Shown here: positions 54,453-63,581 of the stretch, piece after piece
Layout of the letters: each line of letters opens with the position of its first letter
Numbering within the stretch: position 1 is the stretch's first letter
NCBI GenBank assembly: GCA_041750285.1
Contig: JBGSZS010000016.1
Location: 43,591 to 107,590, forward strand
Length of the DNA: 64,000 nt
Reading direction: 5' to 3'
Source: Candidatus Fermentibacteraceae bacterium
Lineage (GTDB): Bacteria; Fermentibacterota; Fermentibacteria; Fermentibacterales; JCC-6
Position numbers and translations under genes: made by a program
The notes under the pieces: model-generated
The model's database searches: none
The model's input: only the letters and a program-made list of their open reading frames with translations
Told to the model about the DNA's origin: nothing

Positions 54453-56060
54453 ATGAAACTCTTTCCGTTTCTTGCGATGGTGACGGTTTTCAGCGCGGCA
54501 GCGGTGCCTCCCCCGCCGGGCGTTTTTGATGGACCGTCTCTCGAGCAGCTCGCATGGCTCGAGTCCTACGCCGACGCCAGGGCACGCGGAGTGGATGCCC
54601 CAAGCCCGACGGTCGACCCCGGCAGACCGCTGATCGAGGCAATGCGCAGCGACCAGATGAAGGTGCTGATACTCCTTGTGGATTTCGACGACAACATCGC
54701 GCTGACTCCCCCGGCCTACTTCGACAGCATGGGGTTCGCGCAGGACACGTTCAGCCTTCACCGGTACTACTACGACGTCTCCTTCGGGCAGATCGACATA
54801 ATAACCGTGGACTGGCCCGGCACGACAGGCTGGCAGAGGGCGCCGGAAGACTACTCCTGGTACGTGAACAACAACTACGGTTGGGGCTCCTACCCGCAGA
54901 ACAGCCAGGGGCTTGTCGAGGATGTCTGCCTCCTGGTCGACGACATGGTTGACTTCAGCCAGTACGACAACGACGAAGACGGCTACGTCGACGGGGTCAA
55001 TCTGATGTTCGCCGGGCAGTTCACGGGCGCCCCCTCGACGATATGGCCGCACTGCTGGAGCCTTCCCTCCCCGCTCGAAGTCGACGGAGTAAGCGTGTAC
55101 ACGTTCAGCGTTCAGAACGAGTACAACGATTCACCCGGCGACAAGTCAGCCTCGGTGTTCTGCCACGAGTTCGGCCATGTGCTCGGCCTTCCCGACCTCT
55201 ACGACTACGATTACGACTCGAACGGAGTGGGCGACTGGTGCATGATGAGCTTCGGCGTGTACAACGGGGGGGGCTGGAGCCCGGCCGAGTTCTCCCCGTG
55301 GTGCCGGTACAAGCTTGGGGTCACCGAGCTGACCAATGTGACCGAAGCCGGCATTTACACGGTCCCCGCCATCGAAACCTCGAACACGGCCTACAGGCTT
55401 TATACGGGCGGACAGGGAGGCCCCAGGTTCTTCGTCATCGAGAACCGGCGCCCCATAAACTGGGACGAAGCCCTGCCAGGCCATGGTTTGATGATATGGC
55501 ACGTCGACGAGACAATGGGCAGCAACGACAACCAGTGGTGGCCCGGCTGCGGCTGGTACCCCCATTTCAGGGTCGCCGTCGAACAGGCGGACGGCCTTTA
55601 TCAGCTCGAGCACAACCAGGGCAGCGACGCCGGCGATGCGTGGCCCGCCGGATCATCGGTAAACCAGTTCTTCAGTTACTGGAGCAGCCCCGACAGCCGG
55701 GACTACTACGGCAACGATACCAGCGTATTCGTGGGTCCCATGCCCGCAACGGCCGATACTGTCAAGGTTTTCATGGCGGTTGACTTCACCGGCATTGAAA
55801 CATCCCCCCGGCCCTCCCCCTCCGCACAGGCCCTGGCCTGGTCGGACGGCACCCTTCTGGTGAACCATGCCGGCGGTCCGGCCACGCTTACCATTTTCGA
55901 CATGGCGGGACGAACCGTGACAACGCTTCACGATGGCGACCTTCCAGCAGGTGAGCATTCATTCGTGTGGAACACTTCAGGTGTGCCCGCAGGCGTATAC
56001 ATGGCCCGTCTGGAAAGCACTTGCGGAAGCGTCTCCGCCCGGGGGGTGGTCATCCGGTAA
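54453..56060 (+). CDS. M6 family (immune inhibitor A-like) metalloprotease with a Por-type CTD
   Basis: Signal peptide, intact FCHEFGHVLGLPDLYD, WCMMSFG and GLMIWHVDE. CTD: IFDMAGR...PAGVYMARL. Confidence 0.9.
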   Translation: MKLFPFLAMVTVFSAAAVPPPPGVFDGPSLEQLAWLESYADARARGVDAPSPTVDPGRPLIEAMRSDQMKVLILLVDFDDNIALTPPAYFDSMGFAQDTFSLHRYYYDVSFGQIDIITVDWPGTTGWQRAPEDYSWYVNNNYGWGSYPQNSQGLVEDVCLLVDDMVDFSQYDNDEDGYVDGVNLMFAGQFTGAPSTIWPHCWSLPSPLEVDGVSVYTFSVQNEYNDSPGDKSASVFCHEFGHVLGLPDLYDYDYDSNGVGDWCMMSFGVYNGGGWSPAEFSPWCRYKLGVTELTNVTEAGIYTVPAIETSNTAYRLYTGGQGGPRFFVIENRRPINWDEALPGHGLMIWHVDETMGSNDNQWWPGCGWYPHFRVAVEQADGLYQLEHNQGSDAGDAWPAGSSVNQFFSYWSSPDSRDYYGNDTSVFVGPMPATADTVKVFMAVDFTGIETSPRPSPSAQALAWSDGTLLVNHAGGPATLTIFDMAGRTVTTLHDGDLPAGEHSFVWNTSGVPAGVYMARLESTCGSVSARGVVIR

Positions 56061-56067
56061 ACCGGTG

Positions 56068-57039
56068 CTACCCCTGGAAGGCGTTCTCGAACACTTCAAC
56101 CGCAAAGGTTCCGGGGTAGCCCGTCACCAGAAGCACGTCGAACCTGCAGTCGCCCCTGAAGCCGGACACGGAAAGCCATTCCGAGGCCGAAGCGGTGATG
56201 CGCCTTCTGCGAAGGTTGTCCACCTTGGCAAGCGCAAGGTGCTCACTGCCTTTTACGGCGTGCTTCACCTCGACGAAGGCCGCGGTCCCGTCCCGAACGG
56301 CGATGATGTCGACCTCGCCGTTCCTGGTGCGCCAGTTGCGCTCCCTGATGCTCCATCCGGCTCCCAGCAGCCAGTCCGCCGCGAACTCCTCGGCCAGGCG
56401 CCCGGCATTGGGTGGCGCATCGTGAAAGAGGCCGTCGCCCGTCCCGAACTTGAGGGGGGCGAACGACATCCTGTGCTCGGGGCACGGGCCGTGCCTTCTG
56501 ATGGCGTCGATGTGGGCGGGGGAACCGTAACCCTTGTGCCCGGAAAAGCCGTACTGGGGGTACTGCCCGTCGAGCTTCAGAAGCATGTCGTCGCGCGTTA
56601 CCTTCGCCAGGACGCCGGCGGCGGCGACGGAGGCGCTTTTCGAATCACCCTTCACAAGGAAGGTGCAGGGGTGCGGGAGGCCCGAAACGGGGTTGCCGTC
56701 GACAAGAAAGAGGGCACATGCCGGAACAACGGGGGCCATCGCCCTGTTAAAGGCTAGTTTCACGGCCATGGCCATTCCCATGCCGTCGATCTCCCCCGCG
56801 CTGACCACGCCGGTGCCAAGGGCCGTGGCGTTCTCCCGGACGGCTGGGGCAAGGGCCCTTCTTCGTGAGTCCGAAAGAACCTTGCTGTCGGCCAGACCGG
56901 GGAGGACGAATCCCGCGGGAAGCACGACAGCGCATGCGACAAGGGGCCCCGCGAGAGGACCCCTTCCCGCTTCGTCGACTCCGGCGAAGGCGCCGTGAAG
57001 GGCCCTGAAACCGTTGTCGAACCCGAAAAGATCACTCAC
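56068..57039 (-). CDS. rnhB: Ribonuclease HII fused to a C-terminal YraN (UPF0102) domain
   Basis: GVDEAGRGPLAGP, DSK, KGDSKS and HKGYG, then in the same frame GRLAEEFA...ERNWR...GEVDIIA...FVEVK. Start trimmed to GTG 57039. Confidence 0.9.
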   Translation of the reverse strand: MSDLFGFDNGFRALHGAFAGVDEAGRGPLAGPLVACAVVLPAGFVLPGLADSKVLSDSRRRALAPAVRENATALGTGVVSAGEIDGMGMAMAVKLAFNRAMAPVVPACALFLVDGNPVSGLPHPCTFLVKGDSKSASVAAAGVLAKVTRDDMLLKLDGQYPQYGFSGHKGYGSPAHIDAIRRHGPCPEHRMSFAPLKFGTGDGLFHDAPPNAGRLAEEFAADWLLGAGWSIRERNWRTRNGEVDIIAVRDGTAAFVEVKHAVKGSEHLALAKVDNLRRRRITASASEWLSVSGFRGDCRFDVLLVTGYPGTFAVEVFENAFQG

Positions 57040-57052
57040 CGGGACCGGACCG

Positions 57053-57409
57053 TCAGGATTGGAACGAACGCTTTTCCTTGATCCTGGAGGCCTTGCCGGT
57101 CTTCTCCCTGAGGTAGAAGAGCTTGGCCCTTCTGACCTTGCCCGCCCTGACGATCTCGAGGCTGTCGATCTTGGGGGAGTGAACGGGGAAAACCCTTTCG
57201 ACACCCACACCGCCTGAGATCTTCCTGACCATGAAGGTCTCGCCCGTGCCGCTTCCCCTGCGGGAGATGACGACGCCCTGGAAGACCTGGATCCTCACCT
57301 TGTCGCCTTCCTTGACCTGGAAGTTCACCTTCACGGTGTCACCGGGACGGAAATCCGGCAGGTGGGTTTTTATCTGGGAGCTCTCTACGCTCCGCATCAG
57401 CTGGTCCAT
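57053..57409 (-). CDS. rplS: 50S ribosomal protein L19
   Basis: [16 protein letters not shown] and [12 protein letters not shown]. Confidence 0.98.
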   Translation of the reverse strand: MDQLMRSVESSQIKTHLPDFRPGDTVKVNFQVKEGDKVRIQVFQGVVISRRGSGTGETFMVRKISGGVGVERVFPVHSPKIDSLEIVRAGKVRRAKLFYLREKTGKASRIKEKRSFQS

Positions 57410-57411
57410 TT

Positions 57412-58152
57412 CTACTCCTTCGCACGGTCGGCCCGGTGCATCACTTCGCCGAACCTCTGTTCCCTGTCCTTGTCACTCAAACCGTCTTCAAGCAATTCCG
57501 GCCTCACCAGCCGGGTTTTCTCAAGCGCTGCCCTGTACCGAAAGGAGATGATCTCCCTGTGGTTCCCCGAGAGGAGGACATCGGGCACCTTCATCCCCCG
57601 GAACTCGGCGGGTCTGGTGTACCGGGGGTAATCGAGAAGCCCCGTGGCGAAACTGTCGCTCTCGGCCGACTCGTACCTTCCCAAAACCCCTGGGATCCAC
57701 CTGAAAACCGCATCCAGCAGGAACATGGCGGGGATCTCGCCTCCGCTCACCACCGTATCCCCGACACAGACCTCATCGGTCACCGCCTGCCGGAACCTCT
57801 CGTCCAGCCCGCCGTAACGTCCGCAGAAGAGAATGACCGCATCCTCTTCCGCAAGCTCCCTGGTCAGCCCGGTGTCAAGCCTGCGCCCCTGGGGGCTGAG
57901 CAGGATGACCCTTGCTTCCCGGTGCCAGTCCAGCGATTCGAGGGTTTCGAAGAGCGGTTCGGGTCTCATTATCATGCCCGCTCCGCCGCCGAACTGGTAA
58001 TCATCAACGGAACCCCTGGCATCGACCGAGTGGTCCCTGATATCGAGAACCGAAACAGTGACAATACCGTTCCTGATCGCCCTTCCCACCACCCCGGTTT
58101 CCAGAAAGGTGGTGAAGAGCTCGGGGAAAACGGTTGCCACCGCGGCTTTCAC
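57412..58152 (-). CDS. trmD: tRNA (guanine-N1)-methyltransferase
   Basis: [30 protein letters not shown] and [10 protein letters not shown]. Confidence 0.96.
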   Translation of the reverse strand: MKAAVATVFPELFTTFLETGVVGRAIRNGIVTVSVLDIRDHSVDARGSVDDYQFGGGAGMIMRPEPLFETLESLDWHREARVILLSPQGRRLDTGLTRELAEEDAVILFCGRYGGLDERFRQAVTDEVCVGDTVVSGGEIPAMFLLDAVFRWIPGVLGRYESAESDSFATGLLDYPRYTRPAEFRGMKVPDVLLSGNHREIISFRYRAALEKTRLVRPELLEDGLSDKDREQRFGEVMHRADRAKE

Positions 58153-58649
58153 AAATCCTCCAGGCCCTCCGGAAGCTCGGCCAGAATCTCACGTGCTTCG
58201 TGGTCGACCTTTCCCAGTGCCAGCAGGTTCATCGGTGCCAGGAACTGCCCCTTCGGGCCGCCCAGAACCACCTGCGGGTTCACCGGGTTCCATTCGACCC
58301 CGAGTACCGGAAACCTCCGCCCCCGGGAAAGCACTTCGTATCCCTGAAACAGGTAGACCGGCATGGGAAAACCCGGACCCGTCACCTGCCCCGGATGGAC
58401 GAAAACCTCTTCACCCTTCAGACTCAGGGCGTCTTCACCTGAATGAACGCCCTTGAGCTCAACCGTGACCGACACCTGATCCTTCTCGCGGGAAGCGAGA
58501 ACCTGAAGCTCCCGCTCGCCGCAGTGAAGAACGGTTCCAGGTGAGAGGGCCGCAGCGCGACCCAGAACGAAAACCCTTAGAACCAGTCTGCCTGAAAGCC
58601 CCTGTGGTTTTTCGAAAAACCCGTAACAGACAAGACCAGGATCAGTCAA
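58149..58649 (-). CDS. rimM: 16S rRNA processing protein RimM
   Basis: KPQGLSG, ALSLKG and C-terminal LPEGL; located between khpA and trmD. Confidence 0.85.
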   Translation of the reverse strand: MTDPGLVCYGFFEKPQGLSGRLVLRVFVLGRAAALSPGTVLHCGERELQVLASREKDQVSVTVELKGVHSGEDALSLKGEEVFVHPGQVTGPGFPMPVYLFQGYEVLSRGRRFPVLGVEWNPVNPQVVLGGPKGQFLAPMNLLALGKVDHEAREILAELPEGLEDL

Positions 58650-58875
58650 TTATCTCGATGGTGGCCTTTTCGCCGTTCCTTGCGGCGGCGGAACGAACTA
58701 TCATCCGCATCGCCTTCGCGATCCGCCCCTCTTTGCCGATCACGCGCCCGAGGTCCGCTTCCTGGACCCTGAGTTCGTAGACGGTAACGCCCTCTTCATC
58801 GGTCTTGACCTCAACGCTCACGCCTTCAGGGTCTGCCACGAGTGTCTTGGCAATGTGCTCAACGAGATCCTTCAT
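58642..58875 (-). CDS. khpA: KH-domain RNA-binding protein
   Basis: MKDLVEHIAKTLV...DLGRVIGKEGRIAKAMR. Start trimmed to ATG 58875. Confidence 0.92.
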   Translation of the reverse strand: MKDLVEHIAKTLVADPEGVSVEVKTDEEGVTVYELRVQEADLGRVIGKEGRIAKAMRMIVRSAAARNGEKATIEIID

Positions 58876-58910
58876 GTGAATCCTCCGGTTTCGGGTGTGG
58901 GTCGAATATG

Positions 58911-59237
58911 CTAAACCTGCGAGGTTCTCTTGTCTCCCTTGATATGCACAACCTCGGGAGGGGCAGCCTCCTCGCCGGCTTTTTTCATGTTCCACTTGGC
59001 CATGGTGCCCGTGCGCTTCAGAAGGCTGAGCACGCCTTCGCTGACCTGGGCGCCGTCGCCCAGCCATTTGAAAACCTTCTCTTCGTCGACCTTCAGCTCA
59101 AGGGGCTGCTTCAGGGGGTCGTAGTAACCCAGGATGTCTATGAAACTCCCGCCCTGGGCTTTTCTGGCGTCAGCCGCCACTATTCTGTAGAAGGGCTGCT
59201 TTGCGCTTCCCATTCTCCTCAGTCTGATTCTGACCAA
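58911..59237 (-). CDS. rpsP: 30S ribosomal protein S16
   Basis: VRIRLRRMG...PFYRIV...GYYDP...WL..GAQ. Confidence 0.98.
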   Translation of the reverse strand: MVRIRLRRMGSAKQPFYRIVAADARKAQGGSFIDILGYYDPLKQPLELKVDEEKVFKWLGDGAQVSEGVLSLLKRTGTMAKWNMKKAGEEAAPPEVVHIKGDKRTSQV

Positions 59238-59256
59238 AAGTCACCTCCGTGTAGGG

Positions 59257-60588
59257 TCAGCGAAACAGACCCGGCAACCCTCCGCGGATCCCGGATCTTT
59301 TCATGGATTTCATCCTCTTCATCATCTTCTTCATATCCCTGAACTGGGAGAGAAGCCGGTTCACCTCCGAGACCCGGGTTCCGCTTCCCATGGCAATCCT
59401 CTTCCGGCGGCTGCCGTTTATCATCTCGGGTCTGCGCCTCTCGTGGGGAGTCATGGAGCCTATGATGGCCTCCATCCGGCCGAAGGAAGCCGTGTCCATC
59501 CCGGCCTCGGCGGGGCGCATTCCCGCAGGCAACATGGCTAGTATATCACCAAGTGAACCCATTTTGCGAATCTTCTTCATCTGGTCGGCAAAATCCTCGA
59601 GCGTGAAGTCGTTGTTCTTGAGCTTTTTCTCGAGTTTCAGGGCCTCCTGGTGATCGTATCCTTCCTGGGCCTTTTCCACAAGCCCGACAACGTCGCCCAT
59701 GCCGAGTATCCGTCCAGCGAGACGTTCGGCATCGAAAGCCTCGAGCCCTTCGACACCCTCGCCAACACCCACGAACTTGATGGGGCGGCCCGTCACGGCA
59801 GTGAACGAAAGGGCGGCGCCGCCCCTTGAGTCGCCGTCCATCTTGGTCAGGACCGAGCCCGTGAAACCGGTCCTCTCCTGAAACTTGACCGCAACGTTCA
59901 CCGCATCCTGCCCGGTGAGGCCGTCGAGGACAAGAAGGACCTCTTCCGGTTTCACGGCATCGCGAACCCTGACAAGCTCGTCCATCAGTTCCCGGTCGAC
60001 ATGGAGACGGCCCGCGGTGTCGACGATAACGGTGTCGTACTGCTGAAGCCGGGCCTGGTTGATGGCCTCGCGGGCCACCAGCACGGGGTCGGACACTGCG
60101 CGGTTGCAGTAGAAACCCGCTCCGGCCTTTTTGGCCATGACCTCCAACTGGTCGATGGCGGCGGGTCTCTGAAGGTCGCACGCAACCAGAAGGCTTCTTC
60201 TGTTCTTCTTCCGGGCCAGCCACCAGGCGAGCCTTGCCGCGGTCGTCGTTTTACCGGAACCCTGCAGGCCGCACAGCAGGACGACATGCGGCGGGCTTCC
60301 CGTGAACTGCAGTGCCGGGGAGCCCGACCCGAGAAGCTCGACCAGCTGGTCATGGACGATCTTGACAACCTGCTGGCCGGGGGTGAGGCTTTTCAGAACC
60401 TTTTCGCCCAGAGCCTTTTCAGTTGCTTCCGACACGAAGCGGCCCGCCACCTTGAAGTTGACGTCAGCCTCGAGAAGCGCCCTCCGGATCTCCCGCATGG
60501 CATCGGAGACGTTGCCCTCGGTGAGCACACCCCGACCGCTCAGGTTCCTGAAGGTTTCGGAAAGCCTCTCCGCAAGCCTGTCAAACAC
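59257..60588 (-). CDS. ffh: Signal recognition particle protein
   Basis: GLQGSGKTT, DTAGR, TKMDGDSRGG, RILGMGD and a Met-rich M domain. Confidence 0.98.
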   Translation of the reverse strand: MFDRLAERLSETFRNLSGRGVLTEGNVSDAMREIRRALLEADVNFKVAGRFVSEATEKALGEKVLKSLTPGQQVVKIVHDQLVELLGSGSPALQFTGSPPHVVLLCGLQGSGKTTTAARLAWWLARKKNRRSLLVACDLQRPAAIDQLEVMAKKAGAGFYCNRAVSDPVLVAREAINQARLQQYDTVIVDTAGRLHVDRELMDELVRVRDAVKPEEVLLVLDGLTGQDAVNVAVKFQERTGFTGSVLTKMDGDSRGGAALSFTAVTGRPIKFVGVGEGVEGLEAFDAERLAGRILGMGDVVGLVEKAQEGYDHQEALKLEKKLKNNDFTLEDFADQMKKIRKMGSLGDILAMLPAGMRPAEAGMDTASFGRMEAIIGSMTPHERRRPEMINGSRRKRIAMGSGTRVSEVNRLLSQFRDMKKMMKRMKSMKRSGIRGGLPGLFR

Positions 60589-60689
60589 TTATGCGCCTTT
60601 CACTTTTGCACGGCACACCACGGCACCTTCGAAAGCAGGCAATTATAATTCACAGGGAAGGCAGATTCAAGGGCGTGAATCAGCCCGGG

Positions 60690-61016
60690 CTATTCTTCCA
60701 TCAGTTCCATGGAACCGTGCCCGGAGGGGCATGTCAGGGTTCTTTTCTCCGATGAGCCGTCGAAAATGTAACGTTCACCCGACACCGGACAGGCCAGAAG
60801 GGAATCGGGAAGCGCAACTCCGAGGAGTTCTTCGGTAGTCACGCGCTGCTCGTTGTTGTATTCCCAGCTCATGAGTTCGTAGGCGGCCTTGTCCAGAACG
60901 GCCATGCAGCGGTTCGCGTCGAGCCTGAGCCTCATGTCCTCCAATGACATGGTCGTCCGTTCCCCGCAGGAAACCGAAAGCAGCAATGCCGCGCAGATCA
61001 GCACGGTTAACCTCAT
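60690..61016 (-). CDS. Small Cys-containing lipoprotein
   Basis: Lipobox-like LLSVSC and the segment CPVSGERY...TCPSGHG. The ATG overlaps the rpe stop. Confidence 0.65.
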   Translation of the reverse strand: MRLTVLICAALLLSVSCGERTTMSLEDMRLRLDANRCMAVLDKAAYELMSWEYNNEQRVTTEELLGVALPDSLLACPVSGERYIFDGSSEKRTLTCPSGHGSMELMEE

Positions 61017-61675
61017 GACACCCCCCTGAGCGAAGCTATCGAACGTGAAGGGTCCGACGCTCCGGTGATGAAAGTACCACTGGCGAGCATGTCCGCCCCG
61101 GCCTCGGCGAGGATTCCGGCGTTTTCGGCCGTGACGCCGCCGTCGACAGAAACGTATGCCTCACGGTTGCCGCACGAGTCGAGTATCCCGCGGACGGCCC
61201 TGACCTTGTCAGGCGTGGATGGAATGAACGCCTGACCTCCGAAACCCGGGTTGACCGCCATCACCAAAACAAGGTCGAGCCTGGGAGCGATCCAGCGCAC
61301 GACTTCCGGCGACGTTCCCGGATTCAGGGCGACACCCGCCAGGCAACCCAGCTCCCTGATCCTCATGAGAAGCCTGTCGGGGTGCTTTTCGGAAGACTCG
61401 GGGTGGAAAGTGATGCACCTGCACCCGGCTGCGGCAAAGACGTCGACGAGCCCCACCGGGTTCTCCACCATCAAGTGGGCGTCGACAGGGATGGACACGG
61501 CCCGGCAGATCGACTTTGCGACCCCTGAGCCGAAAGTGAGGACCGGTACGAAAACGCCGTCCATCACATCGAGGTGTATCCAGTCCGCTCCCGCGGCTTC
61601 CAGCGAGACGGCGGCTTCGGTCAGACGCCCGTGGTCGCAGCCCAGAAGGGATGGTGCTATCACCATTCTCCCCAT
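61013..61675 (-). CDS. rpe: Ribulose-phosphate 3-epimerase
   Basis: IAPSLL, HLDVMDG, DAHLM, MAVNPGFGGQ and VDGG. Confidence 0.97.
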   Translation of the reverse strand: MGRMVIAPSLLGCDHGRLTEAAVSLEAAGADWIHLDVMDGVFVPVLTFGSGVAKSICRAVSIPVDAHLMVENPVGLVDVFAAAGCRCITFHPESSEKHPDRLLMRIRELGCLAGVALNPGTSPEVVRWIAPRLDLVLVMAVNPGFGGQAFIPSTPDKVRAVRGILDSCGNREAYVSVDGGVTAENAGILAEAGADMLASGTFITGASDPSRSIASLRGVS

Positions 61676-62427
61676 GTGGAGTCCGCCCTTCCGCCAACGA
61701 CGACCCTTACGGTGTCACCGGTCTGGAAAACCGCTCCCCCCGGGGGGGATTGCTCGAGGATGCGGCCTATCTGATCGAATCCCGTGACAGGCCTCTCCTC
61801 GATCACGAGCATGCAAAGCCCCTTGGCGACAAGAAGGCTTTCGGCCTCGATGCGCGGAATACCGGCCAGTACGGGAAGGCCCGTCCAGCCGGTGCTCACG
61901 AGAAGACGCACGGTGCGTCTGACCGAAAGGCTCTCAGGGAACATGGGCGAAGCCGAGATGACCCTGCCCTCGGGGACGGTTGGATGGGGAACCCTCGTTC
62001 TTCCGCCGTTGTAGAGCTGCCAGTCAGCAACAAGCTCTTCGGCTTCACCCGCGGTGAGGCCGATGAGCTGGCGCGGCTGGTATGGCCTGTAGAGGGGCCC
62101 TACGTTCCAGAAGACGTTCACCGGGGCGCCGCGGGGAACCTCGGTTCCCGGCGCGGGGTCCTGCCGGGTAACGAGCCCCATTGTCTCGAAATCCCCGAAT
62201 TCACTCCACTCACCTGCAAGGAGAAGGTTTCCCGATTCGATGACGCGCCTTGCGTCCTGTCTTGAAAGACCTACGACATCGGGCACCGCCACCGGCGCGG
62301 AAGAGTACCCCATGGAGGAGATGAACACGGGTGTCCGAAAGGCGGAAGGCGCAGAAAGGCTGCCCGCAAGGAAACCCGTGCCGGCCGCCACCAGAACCAG
62401 AAGCAGCAACGCAGTAATCCTGTTCAA
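61660..62427 (-). CDS. PASTA domain-containing membrane protein
   Basis: N-terminal TM helix and three PASTA-like repeats (VPDVVGL...QDPAPG; VPEGRVIS; ILEQSP). Confidence 0.85.
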   Translation of the reverse strand: MNRITALLLLVLVAAGTGFLAGSLSAPSAFRTPVFISSMGYSSAPVAVPDVVGLSRQDARRVIESGNLLLAGEWSEFGDFETMGLVTRQDPAPGTEVPRGAPVNVFWNVGPLYRPYQPRQLIGLTAGEAEELVADWQLYNGGRTRVPHPTVPEGRVISASPMFPESLSVRRTVRLLVSTGWTGLPVLAGIPRIEAESLLVAKGLCMLVIEERPVTGFDQIGRILEQSPPGGAVFQTGDTVRVVVGGRADSTWGEW

Positions 62428-62479
62428 AACGACCCCTTCGAACGAACACCGGAAATATGCGGAAGAACCCCCCGGAAAC

Positions 62480-62932
62480 CTACCCCTTCAGAAGGCGGTC
62501 AAGCTCCACCCGGAATTCGGACACGTCCTTGAACTGCCTGTAGACCGATGCGAAACGCACATAGGCCACGGGATCTAGCTCGTGCAGGAAGTCCATTATG
62601 CACTGCCCGATGAGAACGGCGGGCACCTCTTCCGGAGAGTCTTCGGTGACCCGGGAGATAACCCGGTCCACCAGGTCGCGGATGTCGGAGGCGCTTATGG
62701 GCCGCTTCTCGCATGCACGCGATATGCCCTTCTCGAGCTTGACCGGATCGAACGGCTCCCTTGTGCCGTTGCGCTTGACCACGACCGGGTAGGAAGTTTC
62801 GATGTACTCGTACGTTGTGAACCTGTGCCCGCATTCGTTGCACTCACGACGGCGGCGGGTGGCCCGGCCCTCCTTCACGGACCTGGAATCCACCACCCTG
62901 TCATCGGTACTCGCACACCTGGGGCATTTCAT
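62480..62932 (-). CDS. nrdR: Transcriptional repressor NrdR
   Basis: MKCPRC, VVDSR, RRRRECNEC..RFTTYE, an ATP cone and VAYVRFASVY. Start at ATG 62932. Confidence 0.97.
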   Translation of the reverse strand: MKCPRCASTDDRVVDSRSVKEGRATRRRRECNECGHRFTTYEYIETSYPVVVKRNGTREPFDPVKLEKGISRACEKRPISASDIRDLVDRVISRVTEDSPEEVPAVLIGQCIMDFLHELDPVAYVRFASVYRQFKDVSEFRVELDRLLKG

Positions 62933-62980
62933 GGGCATTACACTGATGCCGTGCGGGGGTTGCGTCAAGAGAAGGCTTTC

Positions 62981-63009
62981 TTGACGGCTTCAGCGCAACC
63001 GGGTAGATT
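62981..63009 (+). promoter_or_regulatory. Sigma70 promoter of the tRNA cluster
   Basis: TTGACG, a 17-nt spacer and TAGATT, ending 12 nt before tRNA-His. Confidence 0.7.
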
Positions 63010-63021
63010 CCCGGGCACTGC

Positions 63022-63098
63022 GGTGGGAGTAGTTCAGTTGGTAGAGCCCTTGACTGTGGATCAAGTGGTCGCCGGTTCAAGTCCGGTCTCCCACCCCA
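63022..63098 (+). tRNA. tRNA-His (GTG)
   Basis: G-1, acceptor stem GTGGGAG/CTCCCAC, anticodon arm CTTGA-CTGTGGA-TCAAG, TTCAAG T-loop, C discriminator and encoded CCA. Confidence 0.96.
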
Positions 63099-63102
63099 CG
63101 AT

Positions 63103-63177
63103 GCGTCCCTGGCTCAATGGTAGAGCAGCGGACTCTTAATCCGCGGGTTCCGGGTTCGAGTCCCGGGGGGCGTACCA
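63103..63177 (+). tRNA. tRNA-Lys (CTT)
   Basis: Anticodon arm GCGGA-CTCTTAA-TCCGC, GGTTCGAGTCC T-arm and ACCA end. Confidence 0.96.
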
Positions 63178-63179
63178 GA

Positions 63180-63203
63180 GGGGGCACCGTAACCGGTGCC
63201 CCC
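63180..63203. repeat. Perfect hairpin in the tRNA spacer
   Basis: GGGGGCACCG-TAAC-CGGTGCCCCC, with no U-tract. Confidence 0.7.
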
Positions 63204-63216
63204 ACCCGTCTCCGAT

Positions 63217-63293
63217 GCGCCCGTAGCTCAGTTGGATAGAGTATTTGGCTACGAACCAAAGGGTCGGAGGTTCGAATCCTTCCGGGCGCACCA
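63217..63293 (+). tRNA. tRNA-Arg (ACG)
   Basis: Acceptor stem GCGCCCG/CGGGCGC, anticodon arm TTTGG-CTACGAA-CCAAA, GGTTCGAATCC and ACCA end. Confidence 0.96.
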
Positions 63294-63299
63294 TAAACT

Positions 63300-63483
63300 G
63301 GGTCTTTCCCAATTAAGGGGGAACTCACCGATTAACAACACAGAACCCTATCACGAGTTCTATAATTTTCAAAGTTACGAAAGCCATAAGCCCTTCTTTG
63401 TATTAACTTTATCTTTCTATAAAACCCTTCTGTAATCCCATTAGACTTTCTAAAACGGGGTCTTTCACAATTACGGGGGCACT
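63300..63483 (-). mobile_element. ISL3-family insertion sequence remnant (transposase 3' fragment between two end-like repeats)
   Basis: SNGITEGFYRKIKLIQRRAYGFRNFENYR matches the ISL3 transposase C-terminal motif. It is flanked by 26-bp direct repeats (23/26 identical). Confidence 0.75.
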
Positions 63484-63581
63484 TTAATTGGGATAGAGCC
63501 AAATTGTTGCTAAAGTTACGATTCGATAGATCTATTTCTTTTATGCGGGTATGATTGCTCATTAAAAATAATAGTAACTGT

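Noticed and set aside
62963..62986. Inverted repeat CGTCAAGA-N8-TCTTGACG between nrdR and the tRNAs
   Set aside because: More simply explained by back-to-back TTGACG -35 elements of divergent promoters; it does not resemble an NrdR box.
63332..63562. 76-aa ORF as an intact gene
   Set aside because: Only the last ~40 codons resemble an ISL3 transposase; the rest reads through a repeat and non-coding sequence.
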